Assembly: GCA_951406725.2 (NCBI GenBank)
Contig: OX597818.1
Coordinates: forward strand, 20,894,001-20,958,000
Length of the DNA: 64,000 bases
Source: Octopus vulgaris
Lineage: Eukaryota
Direction: 5' to 3'
Shown here one piece after another: positions 52,678-64,000 of this stretch. The translations under genes were made by a program, and so were the position numbers. The notes under the pieces were generated by a model. That model did not search any database. It was given only the letters and a program-made list of their open reading frames with translations, and had not been told where the DNA came from. The first letter of the stretch is position 1, and each line of letters opens with the position of its first letter.

Positions 52678-52944
52678 GTCATCAAAGTATGGGACCTGAA
52701 GGAACACACTTGCTTACAAACAATAGCTATGAAATTTCCCAGCAGCATTCATGGCCGTGTACCTGAACACGGACAGTTCCCAATGTGTCTTTTAACTTCT
52801 CCAAACCACAACTGCCTTCTGGTCACCTGCAATGACTACATAGGTCAGCTAAGCCTAGGAAATACAACAAAGAATCAGCTGACCACCCCGGTCACTCATG
52901 ATACTCAGCTTTGCTGTGCACTTTACAACCAATTCTTTAAACAG
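52678..52944 (+). CDS. WDR49: WDR49-like exon (WD40)
   Basis: ccaag|VIKVWDLKEHTCLQT...THDTQLCCALYNQFFKQ|gtttgt; 267 nt. Confidence 0.92.
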
Positions 52945-53161
52945 GTTTGTAATTTTATCAAAATTCAAATATAAAAAATAAAAGAACAGTGAGTTTTTTT
53001 GGGGTTTTTTTGATGTTTAATGTTTAGCAATGAAATTAGTAGAAATGGTATGGAGATAGCCAGAGGTCTATCTATCCTTCACAAACAGAAACTCAGAAAT
53101 TCATCACCCTTTAATGAAAGATTATGTGTAGAACCAGAGACATGTTTGTGTTTCTCTGTGT

Positions 53162-53207
<46 letters not shown>

Positions 53208-54664
53208 GTGTGTGTGCGTGTGTGTGTGTGTGTGATTTTTCAGCATGTCTGGACTGTTTAATTCAGACACTTTTTCTCTTCATCTTTTCTCTCTTCTCAT
53301 CTATCCTTTCTGTAGAAGAGTATAGGCTCAAAATGTTAAACATTTCTTCCAATTTTCCTGAGTATCTCATTGACTAAATTAGTTACACTGGATACTTATA
53401 TTAAGTTACAGCTTTCAGAACACTAACTAGTTGAGTAGCTAATCAAATATGCAAATTAGTTAATGCTATATTAAAATCTCAAGTACATAATCACAAAAAT
53501 AAACCATGTTTGAATAGAATTGTGTTTTATCTGTCAATAGCAACATTTCGTTTCAATAAAATAGTCAATGCCTTGCTAATCACATTTCACAGAAAATTTC
53601 AGTAATGCCAGTAAAAAGCCTGGTTTTGTAGTCAAAATTGTTTAAATAGTTCTCTGAATTTTTTCTTTTCTTTAATTCAACTAAATTTTGGCTGCTTTCT
53701 TTGTGTTTTAGCTGCTAAAACACAAAGAATTTATAAGCAAAATATGCCAGATGGTTCAAACGAATGTTTCTTTATTAAATGAAACTATTTTCGAAAGCTG
53801 CACATGTAACAATGAATACAAAGATCAGGGCTATACCACATGTAAATAGCAGGCAGATCTATTGAATGTAGCACTCAAGAATATGTCATTCTGTATAGAA
53901 GTATTTTTCTATTCAGTGACAGATGATCAGTGTGAATTCTCAATACAGAAAATTAAGCGTTTTTCAAGACAAAAAAAAAACTGATATTTTTTCAAATACT
54001 TTGAAACTTCAGTAAAATATTAAGGAATACATGACCAATGAATATGTGAAAAGGGTGAACCGAACAACTTTATTTAATTTTTTATCTTTCTTTTTGTATC
54101 TCTTACTTGTTTCAGTCTTCAGGCTGTGGCCATACTAGGGCACTGCCTAGAAGAATTTTTAGTTGAATGAATTGACCCTAGAACTTTTTTTTTAAGCCTG
54201 GTACTTATTCTATCGATCTCATTTGCCAAACCACTAAGCTACGGAGTGATGGGGGACACATAGATACAAAGATCTGCACACACACACACACACACATTCG
54301 ATTGGCTTCTTTCAGCTTCCGTCTACCAAATCCACTCACAAGGCTTGGTCAGCAGAGACTATAGTCGAAGAACACTTGCTTGAGGCAAACTTCTTACCAC
54401 ACACCCAGCCCTGAACCTTTTATTTAATCACAACAAATCCCATTTTTAATTTTTTTTTTAAGTATGTGATTTCCACAATGTGCTTAATTTTGCCTGAAGC
54501 AAATTTCAACAGAACCTTTTGATATACGGAGATGTACTTGCATAGCAAGTGATTTGATCTGAGATCGTGTGCTGGAACGAAAACAATTGCAGCGTGGAAG
54601 GTGTTTGTAAGCCATTTAAGAAACATACAAAAGCCGTTTGATTCACTTCAACATTTAAGTTTAA

Positions 54665-54715
54665 TTTGTCAAACTATTTTCGTCACTTTAAGACCGTGAC
54701 CTGTTCACTGACAAA
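54665..54715 (-). ncRNA. Hammerhead-like motif with G3-C8 swapped core
   Basis: Minus: uuuguca-GUGAACA-g-gucac..gugac-GAAA-auag-UU-ugacaaa; 7-bp stem I, 5-bp stem II. Confidence 0.55.
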
Positions 54716-55686
54716 AATCCATGCTGCATCTCGGAGATGCAATAATATTTTGCTATATTGTTATATTTCGGAATGGTCATTTTTTTTTTTTTTTTTATTT
54801 CTTGTCAATGAACTATAAACATTCATAAACATAATATTTTGTTTATATATTATTGAAACAGAAGGTTACTATTGTCAGATGTAATAATTATATTTAAACA
54901 TGGGAAAATATATATCAGTTTATTAAGGAATGTAACCCATCTAGGAATTTGAAAACTGATTATGTCTAATTTAGATGTGCTATGCTTACTATTTCACTCC
55001 TTGTAAGTTTTACATCTAGCAATCTCTGATAATTTTTCATGATATCTTATCACATTTTTGATATCAACTTACCACATTCTCCACATAATAATTAAACTGC
55101 CAGTATTAGGCATGAAAAGAGAAATTTATGAAATATTCTGAATTGAAGTTTCAATATGCTAGACTTCTTCAACATTTCCAAAAAAACAGGATGTATTTAA
55201 TTCCTCAGTTTTTACATAAGGCCACAGATTTGAAGGAGAGGTTTATAGGCAGCTGAAACATCTTCAGTATACAGCTGTTATTTCTTTCTTTTATCATAAA
55301 TTAGGTACAAAGCTTGCTTTCCAACCACATGGTCTAGGATTCAGTCTTGCAGCATAGCATTTATGCAAGGATTTTCTACTATGACCCCAGGCTGCCCAAA
55401 GTGGATTTGTTAGACAGAAGCTGAAAGAAGCCTGACATGTGTAGGTCTATGTATGTATGTTGTTATTTAGTTTTATTTCAGGATTTCAGGTCAATAGAGA
55501 AACAACCGGTTTCTAACCTAGACCCAAGGCTCCAGTACACTCTGTTAAGTGGTTGGAGTTAAGAAGGGCATGAAGCTATAGAAACCAAGCCAAAACAGAC
55601 AACTGGAACCTGATGCAGCTCTCCAGCTTACCAGCTTCAGTCAAACCATTTAACCCATGCCTGCATGGAAAACAGATGTTAAATGG

Positions 55687-55717
<31 letters not shown>

Positions 55718-56136
55718 GGTAGTTGTGGTGGTGGTGGTGGTAGGTGGTGGAGGTGGGGAGTGATGTGTGTGTGTGTATCCTTATCTTGACATCATGTAAT
55801 GGCTGTAAATGAGCATCATATAAATGATTGTTGTTTGTTTCCAGTCTTTCATGGAAAACTTGTTTGGCCATTGGGAAATATTAACTTGCTTGGAAACAGG
55901 ATGCTTTTAGCAGTGGAATCCATGACAATATAATCATTCTGACCAGGTTTTCAGTTTTATCTGCCTTTCACACTTGTCACAGAGGTCCTGAAAATGTGAA
56001 AACAGATATAACTGAAATGAAATTTTATTCCAGAACATAGAGAAAGAAAACTAAATAATGCTCAACATCATATAGACCAGTGTTACTGCATTATAATCCT
56101 ACATAATACTTGTGGAGATGAAGATGGTGAACATAG

Positions 56137-56322
56137 GCATAGCAGTGGCTGTGTGGTAAGTAGTTTGCTCACCAACCACATGGTTTCGGGTTCAGTCCCA
56201 CTGTGTGGCACCTTGGGCAAGTGTCTTCTACTATAGCCTCAGGCCAACCAAAGCCTTGTGAGTGGATTTGCTTGACAGAAACTGAAAGAAGCCCATCGTA
56301 TATATGTATACATATATATATA

Positions 56323-56371
<49 letters not shown>

Positions 56372-56579
56372 TTGTGTGTCTGTGTTTGTCTCCCCAACAT
56401 TGCTTGACAACCGATGCTGGTGTGTTTACGTCCCCATAACTTAGCGGTTTGGCAAAAGAGACTGATAAAATAAGTACTAGGCTTACAAAGAATAAGTCCT
56501 GGAGTCGATTTGCTTGACTAAAGGCGGTGCTCCAGCATGGCTAGTCAAAATGACTGAAACAAGTAAAAGAGTAAAAGAG
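56137..56579 (+). mobile_element. SINE, third family
   Basis: Same head, core and tail. Confidence 0.85.
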
Positions 56580-57009
56580 GCAAAATTGTTAGCACACAGG
56601 TTAAAATGCATAGTCATATTTCATCTGACTTTATATTCTGAGTTCAAACTCCATCAAAGTCGACTTTGCCTTCCATCTTTTTGAGGTCATTAAAATAAGT
56701 ACCAGTTGAGTGATGGGGCTGATGTAATTGATATGACCCCTCCCCAAAAATTTCAAGCCTTTTGCCCAAAGTAGAATGGATAGTTATTATGTGGATGTAA
56801 TCTACAAGAGTCATCTCTTCCTTAGAAATCTGTGGTCTTTTGTCCAATTCAAACATTTTTATATAGCTGAGTACCTTATTTATTGCTGGTATCCTATCAT
56901 TTTACCATCGTTAAATATTGTTTGATTTATTTTTTTTAAATTATTGTAAAATGATGAAACTCTATTCCAAAAAAAATTTTAATTACTAAATTTGATATCT
57001 CCAAAATAG

Positions 57010-57174
57010 GTGGTAACTGGTTGTGATTCATCTACCATTGCTGTCTGGGACATCGAAGCTGGAAGTAAGGCAATTGTTTTTTCCAACGCCCATGGAAATG
57101 AAGAAATCACATGTATGAAGTTTGATGCCACATGGCGTCGCCTTTTGACTGGTGCCAGAAATGGAACAATAAAG
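57010..57174 (+). CDS. WDR49: WDR49-like exon (WD40)
   Basis: aatag|VVTGCDSSTIAVWDIEAG...RRLLTGARNGTIK|gtcaga; 165 nt. Confidence 0.93.
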
Positions 57175-57326
57175 GTCAGAACTACTTACAGTGTTAAATC
57201 TTGAAGTTTCCATTAGTGTCCTGTGTTTAGCCTTGGTTTCATGATTTCTGTGGTTGTCATTATGTTTAAAGCCAGCTCAGTTCATCTCATTATATGCATA
57301 TATGTACATATATGTGTATGTGGAGA

Positions 57327-57372
<46 letters not shown>

Positions 57373-57377
57373 CCTCA

Positions 57378-57770
57378 TTATCATCATCATATAACGTCCA
57401 TCATCCATACTAGCATGGGTTGGACAGTTTCACCTGGCTGGAACGTTGGAAGCCTGCACCAGACTCCAGTCTGATTTGGCATAGTTTTTTATGGCTGGAT
57501 CCCCTTCCTAATGCCAACCACTGCAAGAGTGTAACGGATGCTTTTACATGCCACCAGCACGGCTGCCATTTGCATGACACTGGGTTGTGTTTACGTGCCA
57601 CCAGCATAGATGCCAATTTGCATGACACCGGTATCTGCCATGACTGCAATTTTGCTTGGTTTGATGGGTTTTCTTCTCAAGCATGACATAATGCCAAAGG
57701 TCTCAGTCATCGCCTCTGTGTGGCCCAACATTTGAAAGGTACGCAGCCACTTTTCCTCCATGAGGCCCAA
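57378..57770 (-). mobile_element. RTE 3'UTR fragment (diverged)
   Basis: Same terminal motifs; further copies at ~26731, ~30133, ~43205, ~48020, ~55535. Confidence 0.7.
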
Positions 57771-57788
57771 TATATATATATATATATA

Positions 57789-58577
57789 CAGGGTTGGATA
57801 AAATCATGGAAACTAGCATCATAGCATCATAACTTTGAAATATCTATAAAACCATTAAAAGCTTGTTTAGTTTTATGTTTTTTGATTTATTATTAGTGTT
57901 GCTTAATATGTTTTGCTAAAATTGCTATTTCTTTTCAGATATCATCAGAAAAAGGTAATTAAAATTCATTAAAATGACAAATCTATCGAACTTTCAAAGA
58001 GGTCAAATTGTTGGTGCTCGTATAGCAGGCACTAGCATAACGAAAACAGCTGAAATGTTTGGTGTATCAAGAAGTACTGTCTCGAAAGTAATGACAGCCT
58101 TTGAGAAAGTGGGAAAAACCTCCTTGTCAAAACAAAACTCCAGAAGAAAACCAAAACTTTCAGATAGGGACCTTTGGACTCTTACGCGAATTGTTAGTAA
58201 GGATCACAAAAGTACAGCTCCCAAAATTACTGCAGAGCTTAATGACCACCTCGAGAACCCAGTTTTCACAGTAACTGTTCACCAGGAGCTGCACAAAGCT
58301 AGATTTCACAGAAGGGCTGCAATCAGAAAACCACTACTTTCAAAAACAAACATTGCAAAGAGTTTAGAGTTGAATAAAAATCTACAGAATTGGTCTCTAG
58401 AGCAGTGGAAGAATGTTATTTTCTCGGAGTGTCATCCTTTACCCTATTTCCAATCACCGGCCGAGTATACATGTGGAAACAGCCAAATGAAGCATTTGAC
58501 CCAGACTGCCTTCTTCCAACTATTAAACATGGAGGAGGATCTGTGATGATCTGGGGTGGGGGCTATATCTTGGAAAT
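57789..58577 (+). mobile_element. Tc1-family transposon, 5' half (frameshifted transposase from 57974)
   Basis: ta|cagggttggataaaat left end; LSNFQRGQIVGARIAG HTH, WKNVIFS, KHGGGSVMIWG. Confidence 0.88.
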
Positions 58578-58579
58578 TC

Positions 58580-60342
58580 ACCAAGAAAATGGTTGTTGAA
58601 GGGGGCTACACACCAAAGTAAGTATACAATGTTGATGAAACTGCACTTTTCTGGAAGTGCATGCCTGCTAGAACTTTTATTTCTCAAGAAGAAAAATCAA
58701 CACTTCTAACACTTCTTTTTGGAGGAAATATCAACACTTCTTTTTGGAGGAAATATCTAACACTTCTTTTTGGAGGAAATATCAATGGCGATATGAAATT
58801 AAAGCCCCTATTCGTGTATCATTCAATATGTGAAAAGTTTAATCAACCTCTGATTTGGTGTTCAAATAAGAAGGCACAGATAACCAAACACCTTTTCAAA
58901 GAGTGTTTTACAAATGCCTTTTGTTCTGCCTTAGAAAGAAACAGTGCCAGACATATTTCCAACAAAACGTTGCTTCTTTTAGACAATGCACTGGGCCACC
59001 CATCAAATTTAGATGATCTTACTGATAACATGAGAGTTGAATATATATTCCTAAAAATACAACTTCTTTGCTCCAGCCAATGGATCAAGGTGTGATAGCT
59101 AGTTTCAAAATATATTATCTGAGAAAAACTTTCAAACAACTTATGAAAGCAATTGACAGGGAGGATAAACCTACAATTAGAGATTTCTGGAAGAAATTCA
59201 ACATAACGGATGTTGTGGATAATATAGCTGAATCATAGGATGAAGTGAAACCTTCAACTTTGAATAGTGCTTGGAAAAATATATGACCAGACTGTATTAG
59301 TGACATTACAAGTTTTCCTCAAGTAGAAAGTGTACATAAAATTTGGAAAGATATTGTGACACTTGCAAAAGATGTAGTATTTGAAGAAGTCAAAGCTGAT
59401 GATGTGACTGAGTTGCTAGTGTCCTAGAGAGAAAGTCAATTGAATGAGGGGCTGATGTTGTGAGAAAAAGAACATGCTGAGAATACAGATGATACAATAG
59501 AAGTTCCACCTAAACCACTTAAATTGGTTACAAAATATATTGCTAAAGGTCTTCATGTTTTTGTTGATAATGATCTTAATCTTGAATAAAACATAAAAAT
59601 TACCAGAAGAGTTTACAATAAGTTCAGTTCCTATACCGAGCTGTACAAAGGGATACTGCATCATACAACAAACAACTTTGGAATAGCTCTTTACCCTTCA
59701 AGCTGATGTTTCTTATTTCTTATTTCTCTACTGCCCCCACAAGGGGCTACACACAGAGGGAACAGACAAGAACAGACAAATGGATTAAGTCAATTATATC
59801 AACCCCAGTGCATAGCTGGTACTTATTTAATTGACCCCGAAAAGATGAAAGGCAAAGTCGACCTCGGCGGAATTTGAACTCAGAAGGAGCGGCAGACGAA
59901 ATACCGCTAAGCATTTTGCCTGGCATGCTAATGTTTCTACAAGCTCACCGCCATCACCCCTCGAGCTGATGTTGGTAATAATGAAGTATAAGATAGTATA
60001 TATTGTCCTTCATCCTCCTAGTAATGCTCATTCCACCACCCCTTACACTGTTGTCAATATCTTTTGTGGTAAGAATGTACCCTTGCAATATTACAATTCT
60101 TATTAATTCTCTAACATATTTTTCTTAAAATGCATTTCTGTTTTTATGTATCAATATTGTTATTTTCATGTATGAAGGTAATTTTCTGTTGTTTTCTTGT
60201 ACATTTTTTAATGAAAGAGTCTGTAGGAATGCAATCTTGATAACATGAAAATCAGTAGGAAATTCAATTGTGCATTACGGGATTTTGGGTTACAGTTAGA
60301 TTTTCAGGAATCCATTGCTTCTGTAAAGCAAGAGATTCTTGT
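58580..60342 (+). mobile_element. pogo/Tigger-like transposon 3' part, decayed
   Basis: EGGYTP..VYNVDETALFWKCMPARTFISQEEK, LLLLDNA.GHP, LLQPMDQGVIASFK..Y; right boundary approximate. Confidence 0.8.
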
Positions 60343-60399
60343 ATGTATGTATGTATGTATGTATGTATGTATGTATGTATGTATGTATGTATGTATATA

Positions 60400-60444
<45 letters not shown>

Positions 60445-60449
<5 letters not shown>

Positions 60450-60860
60450 TAATATGTATACAATTATTGTGCCAGTGCACAAGATAAAACTCTGAGTTTC
60501 AGATGCCGAGGTGGAAATGGAACACCACCATCTCTTCAGTTATCCAGCCATCTGTAAAACACTATGAAGAAAAACCGTTATACAATGGGAAATGACAGTG
60601 TTATAGACCACTATTTATACAAAAGCACTAATTCGAATGACCGCTAATTAAGATAAGGTTAAAAGTTCATAGTCATTCGAATTAGCGCTTTTGTATAAAT
60701 AGCGGTCTATAACAGTAATTTCCCTTTGTATAACGGTCTTTTTTCATAGTGTTTTTCAGATGGCCGGATAACTAAACAGATGGTGTTGTGGATTTCACTT
60801 CGGCATCCGAAACTCAGAGTTTTATCTTGGCTACCGAATAATTGTCACATATTATATTTA
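60445..60860. repeat. Long inverted repeat (~190-bp arms, 30-bp spacer)
   Basis: 60445-60641 is an imperfect reverse complement of 60672-60860. Confidence 0.9.
60482..60545 (-). ncRNA. Hammerhead-like motif in the left arm of a palindromic element
   Basis: Minus: ggauaa-CUGAAGA-gaug...cauc-u-GAAA-cucagag-UU-uuaucu. Confidence 0.6.
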
Positions 60861-60951
60861 CAGATAAATTCCTCTATTTACATAATATTGAGATCTTTTT
60901 CTTTCTTTTGTTATCTTACCGTTATTACCAATATATATATATATATATATA

Positions 60952-61498
60952 TCTCTTATTATAAAAGGCAGATTTTATCTGCCTCCCTTTGTAACTTATA
61001 GAAATCTACAATATAGGATTTCTTCAATTACAATTTACCTAGCATTTTTAAGAGTAGAATGCATCGGGTCATGCCAGGTCCAGTTTTTAAAATTTAAACT
61101 CCAATTAAGCAAAATTTACAGAAAACTCACATTCTGGTGTGTATGTCAAATGCTTTTCTTAATGTGGTTTACACCACACGCACACGCACACACACAGTGT
61201 GCAACAAATAAAATGAAAGTAAATAGCGACAGAGTGATTTGAGGAAGACTAAACTGAAAGTATTTAAACCACTACTCAAAAAATAAAAAAACACAGCAAA
61301 CAGAAACAAATAAATACATAACGATTTACTCCTCACACAATTTCTTCAATTAGAGTTTACCTAAGATTTTTCAAAGTACTCCATTCGGTCATGCCATAAT
61401 ATATTTCTTTCAATTTCACCCCCAATTAAGACAAAATTCGAGAAAACTCAATATTTTAACATTTCACTCCGAAAGCATTGATGTACATGTGTGCGTGC

Positions 61499-61533
<35 letters not shown>

Positions 61534-62619
61534 ATGGGTTGTGCGACACAGAAAGTGTGGTGTGTAAGTGAAGTGCTTTTGTTAGTGTGTGTAAAGAGAC
61601 AGACAGAGTGAAAGACAGAAATAACTGAACTTTTTTTATTCACTTTTGTAGTGAGTGACTGAGAGAGAAAAAGAGAGAGAGAGGTTATGTATGTATATAT
61701 GTATGTATGGCTTCAGTGACACACACACACAAAAACACATACCTACGTACACCTAAAGCACGCACACACACACACACACACAAGCGGAGCGCGAACTTCA
61801 AAATTTTGGTAGTATTAATTTGCGAGCGTACTTCTAAGCGCGTAATTGAAAGTTTTCACTATGATATCATCACGTGCGAAAAAATTCGAAGGGTTTTGAA
61901 CAATTGAGATACAGATGTCACGCCTGTATTGAAACCATTGCTAAGCTGCCGTAATTGCTTAATTAAGACTTTGTTTAAATTGAAAGGGGCAAATATGTGA
62001 CGAGGTTGAAAAAAATACCCCAGAAAAAAAATGTACTGATGGTATTTATATAATTCACTACTATTTTGCTACAATGTCATGAAAAAGAAAAAATTTAGGT
62101 ATGTAAATCGAATTCGCCACCCCCTTTTCCCCGTTCGCGTTTGTGTAAAAAAAATTATTATTTAAGTTTTAAAAATTATTTACTGTGTTCAAAAAATATT
62201 AATATTAATTAATTTTCAAGAATTATTTAATTTTATTCTGTAAAATAGTAATTAATTCATTTATCTGTAAATCCGCGAGGTTGTTACTCAGGCACCTAGA
62301 ATGGTAACCTTCAACTAACACTATCTCCTCCGAGACCCTGCGGCGCAAGTTGACCAAAATTGAGAGTATGGTAGAAGAAGGGTTGCTCTTCCTTCCGTAG
62401 AACATAAAATTCAAATCGGACCATGTTAACACCAAAAATTATTTACATCAAAAAGATGCTTTTTTCTATGAAAATCCCTATTTTTTACGATTTTTTCACT
62501 GCTGTGTCGCCACTTTTCGGTGTATTTCGACCAGAAAAATGTTCACAAAATTTTTACTTTTCAAAATTACAATTCCAGCGGGTCGAAACAAACCCGAGCA
62601 ACGCCAGGCGATACTGCTA

Positions 62620-62620
<1 letters not shown>
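60952..62620 (+). mobile_element. 1.67-kb non-autonomous Helitron
   Basis: A|TCTCTTATTATAAAAGGCAG ... acccgagcaacgccaggcgatactgCTAG|T. Confidence 0.78.
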
Positions 62621-62661
<41 letters not shown>

Positions 62662-62796
62662 GATCTCAGACATAATTCCATGTATACTAACAGAAATGTT
62701 CCATACAATACATTTACTACAGCCATCTGATATGTCAATCATTTTATCGTTCTTTACTTTTAATGATGAGAAAAAAAAATATGTCGGTTGTTTCAG

Positions 62797-62949
62797 GTAT
62801 GGAACTTCCAAAATGGACATAACCTACATAAACTGGAACCGGTCGCAGATGCTGATGTCACTGGTCTTTTAGCCCTCAATGACCGTAAAGTTATTCTTGC
62901 TGTTGGCTGGAGTCGTTTAATTACTCTGTACGACGATTCGGATCCAGAC
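62797..62949 (+). CDS. WDR49: WDR49-like exon (WD40)
   Basis: ttcag|VWNFQNGHNLHKLE...ILAVGWSRLITLYDDSDPD|gtaaat; 153 nt. Confidence 0.92.
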
Positions 62950-62986
62950 GTAAATAGAAGTTCTTTTTACTTATATTCATATATTT

Positions 62987-63017
<31 letters not shown>

Positions 63018-63558
63018 TTGTGAATGTACAATCAAAAGTCCAGGGAAAAGAGAAAGTTTATGGTGAATTAATGCAGAACTTACAGCTCTTGTACCCTGAC
63101 TATGAATTCTCATTTGTATCTATCATCATTAGGTTATGTACCTGCAAATCTGCACAAAAACCTTGAAATACTTGGTTTCACAGAGAAAGCAAAAGAAATT
63201 AATGAGGATTCTCCAGATCCAATCTATCAGTGGCACGATGAGGATTTGTGAGACATTCCAAAGATTCTCTATCTGAGATTCTTATGTGACTAGATGCACA
63301 CACTTGGGTGCATGCATCGACAGTTCAACCAACACACCAATTCAACCACATATTTACAAACACCAGCATCTCGCTTAACTCTTTTGCCAACATCCCCTCA
63401 CAAGGCTTTGGTAAGCCCAGAACTATAGTAGAAAACACTTGCCCTAGGTACCATGTAGTGGGACTGAACCTAGAACCTGATTGGAAAGCAAGTTTCTTAA
63501 ACATGCAACCACTCCTGAAATTCCAAACATAAATCTTTCTCATTCTCTTTCTCTCTCT

Positions 63559-63602
<44 letters not shown>

Positions 63603-63605
63603 GTA

Positions 63606-63636
<31 letters not shown>

Positions 63637-63864
63637 TTGTATCTCTCTCTTTCTCTTTCTCACTTTCTCATACACACATACATCCACACACTTTCTCTCA
63701 CACTTACTCACACTCTTTATCACCTAAACTTTACATATTCACTTATTTCTTTTGGTCCACTCTCTCTCTCACTCTCTCCCTCTCTCCCTCTCTCCCTTCT
63801 CTCCCTTCTCTCCCCCCTCTATTCCTCTCTCTCTTTTCTACAGTCTCTTTCTCTTTCTCTACAG

Positions 63865-64000
63865 AATATGTATGTAACTGCAGATTTATCATGGAGAGGT
63901 GGCCAGTTACACAAAGATGACATCTCCGCTATGGACCACTGTCCACCCAACTTGTTGGCAACTGCCAGTTTTGATGGAATTGTATATATTTGGAAACTAG
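63865..64000 (+). CDS. WDR49: WDR49-like exon (WD40), truncated by window end
   Basis: Long CT tract, tacag|NMYVTADLSWRGGQLHKDDISAMDHCPPNLLATASFDGIVYIWKL. Confidence 0.9.

Larger units (their letters stand above)
34613..64000 (+). other. WDR49: Multi-exon EF-hand + WD40-repeat protein gene, WDR49(CFAP337)/WDY/EFCAB8 family; 3' end beyond window, 5' end uncertain
   Basis: 12 exons with GT-AG boundaries and matching phases give one continuous protein: EF-hand loop DTSCDGYVDWNE, then WD40 repeats (VQLWNP, IKVWDL, IAVWDI, KVWNF, VYIWK). Family recognised from recalled motifs (TVSKEG.FSVW, WVTD, CFDYWYD); the exact paralogue is not resolved. Confidence 0.8.

Noticed and set aside
27-63723. Most ORF-track entries ([16 protein letters not shown], poly-S/H/I/M, RPRKDERQSRPRRNLNSE)
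   Set aside because: They are translations of microsatellites and SINE/LINE UTRs, not genes

Overview
AT-rich, microsatellite-dense animal genomic DNA. The SINE/LINE families look like a coleoid cephalopod, probably Octopus (inference). One host gene is visible: a + strand EF-hand + WD40 gene of the WDR49/WDY/EFCAB8 family. It has 12 phase-compatible GT-AG exons from ~34.6 kb to the window end, and its 5' exons are uncertain. Nearly all other ORF-track entries are microsatellite or repeat artefacts. The rest is transposon-derived: a near full-length decayed mariner, a young CR1-type LINE whose endonuclease part is inverted relative to its open RT ORF (twin-priming-like), RTE and CR1 3' fragments, a Tc1/pogo junction, non-autonomous Helitrons (one only 80 bp), MITEs and several tRNA-derived SINE families, one forming self-nested chains. 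The most notable hidden signal is about 10 minimal type I hammerhead-ribozyme-like motifs in unrelated short repeats. They include canonical cores, a G3-C8 compensatory core variant and two palindromic elements carrying inverted ribozyme pairs, suggesting a diverse Penelope-like/retrozyme population. All folds were done by eye and activity is untested.
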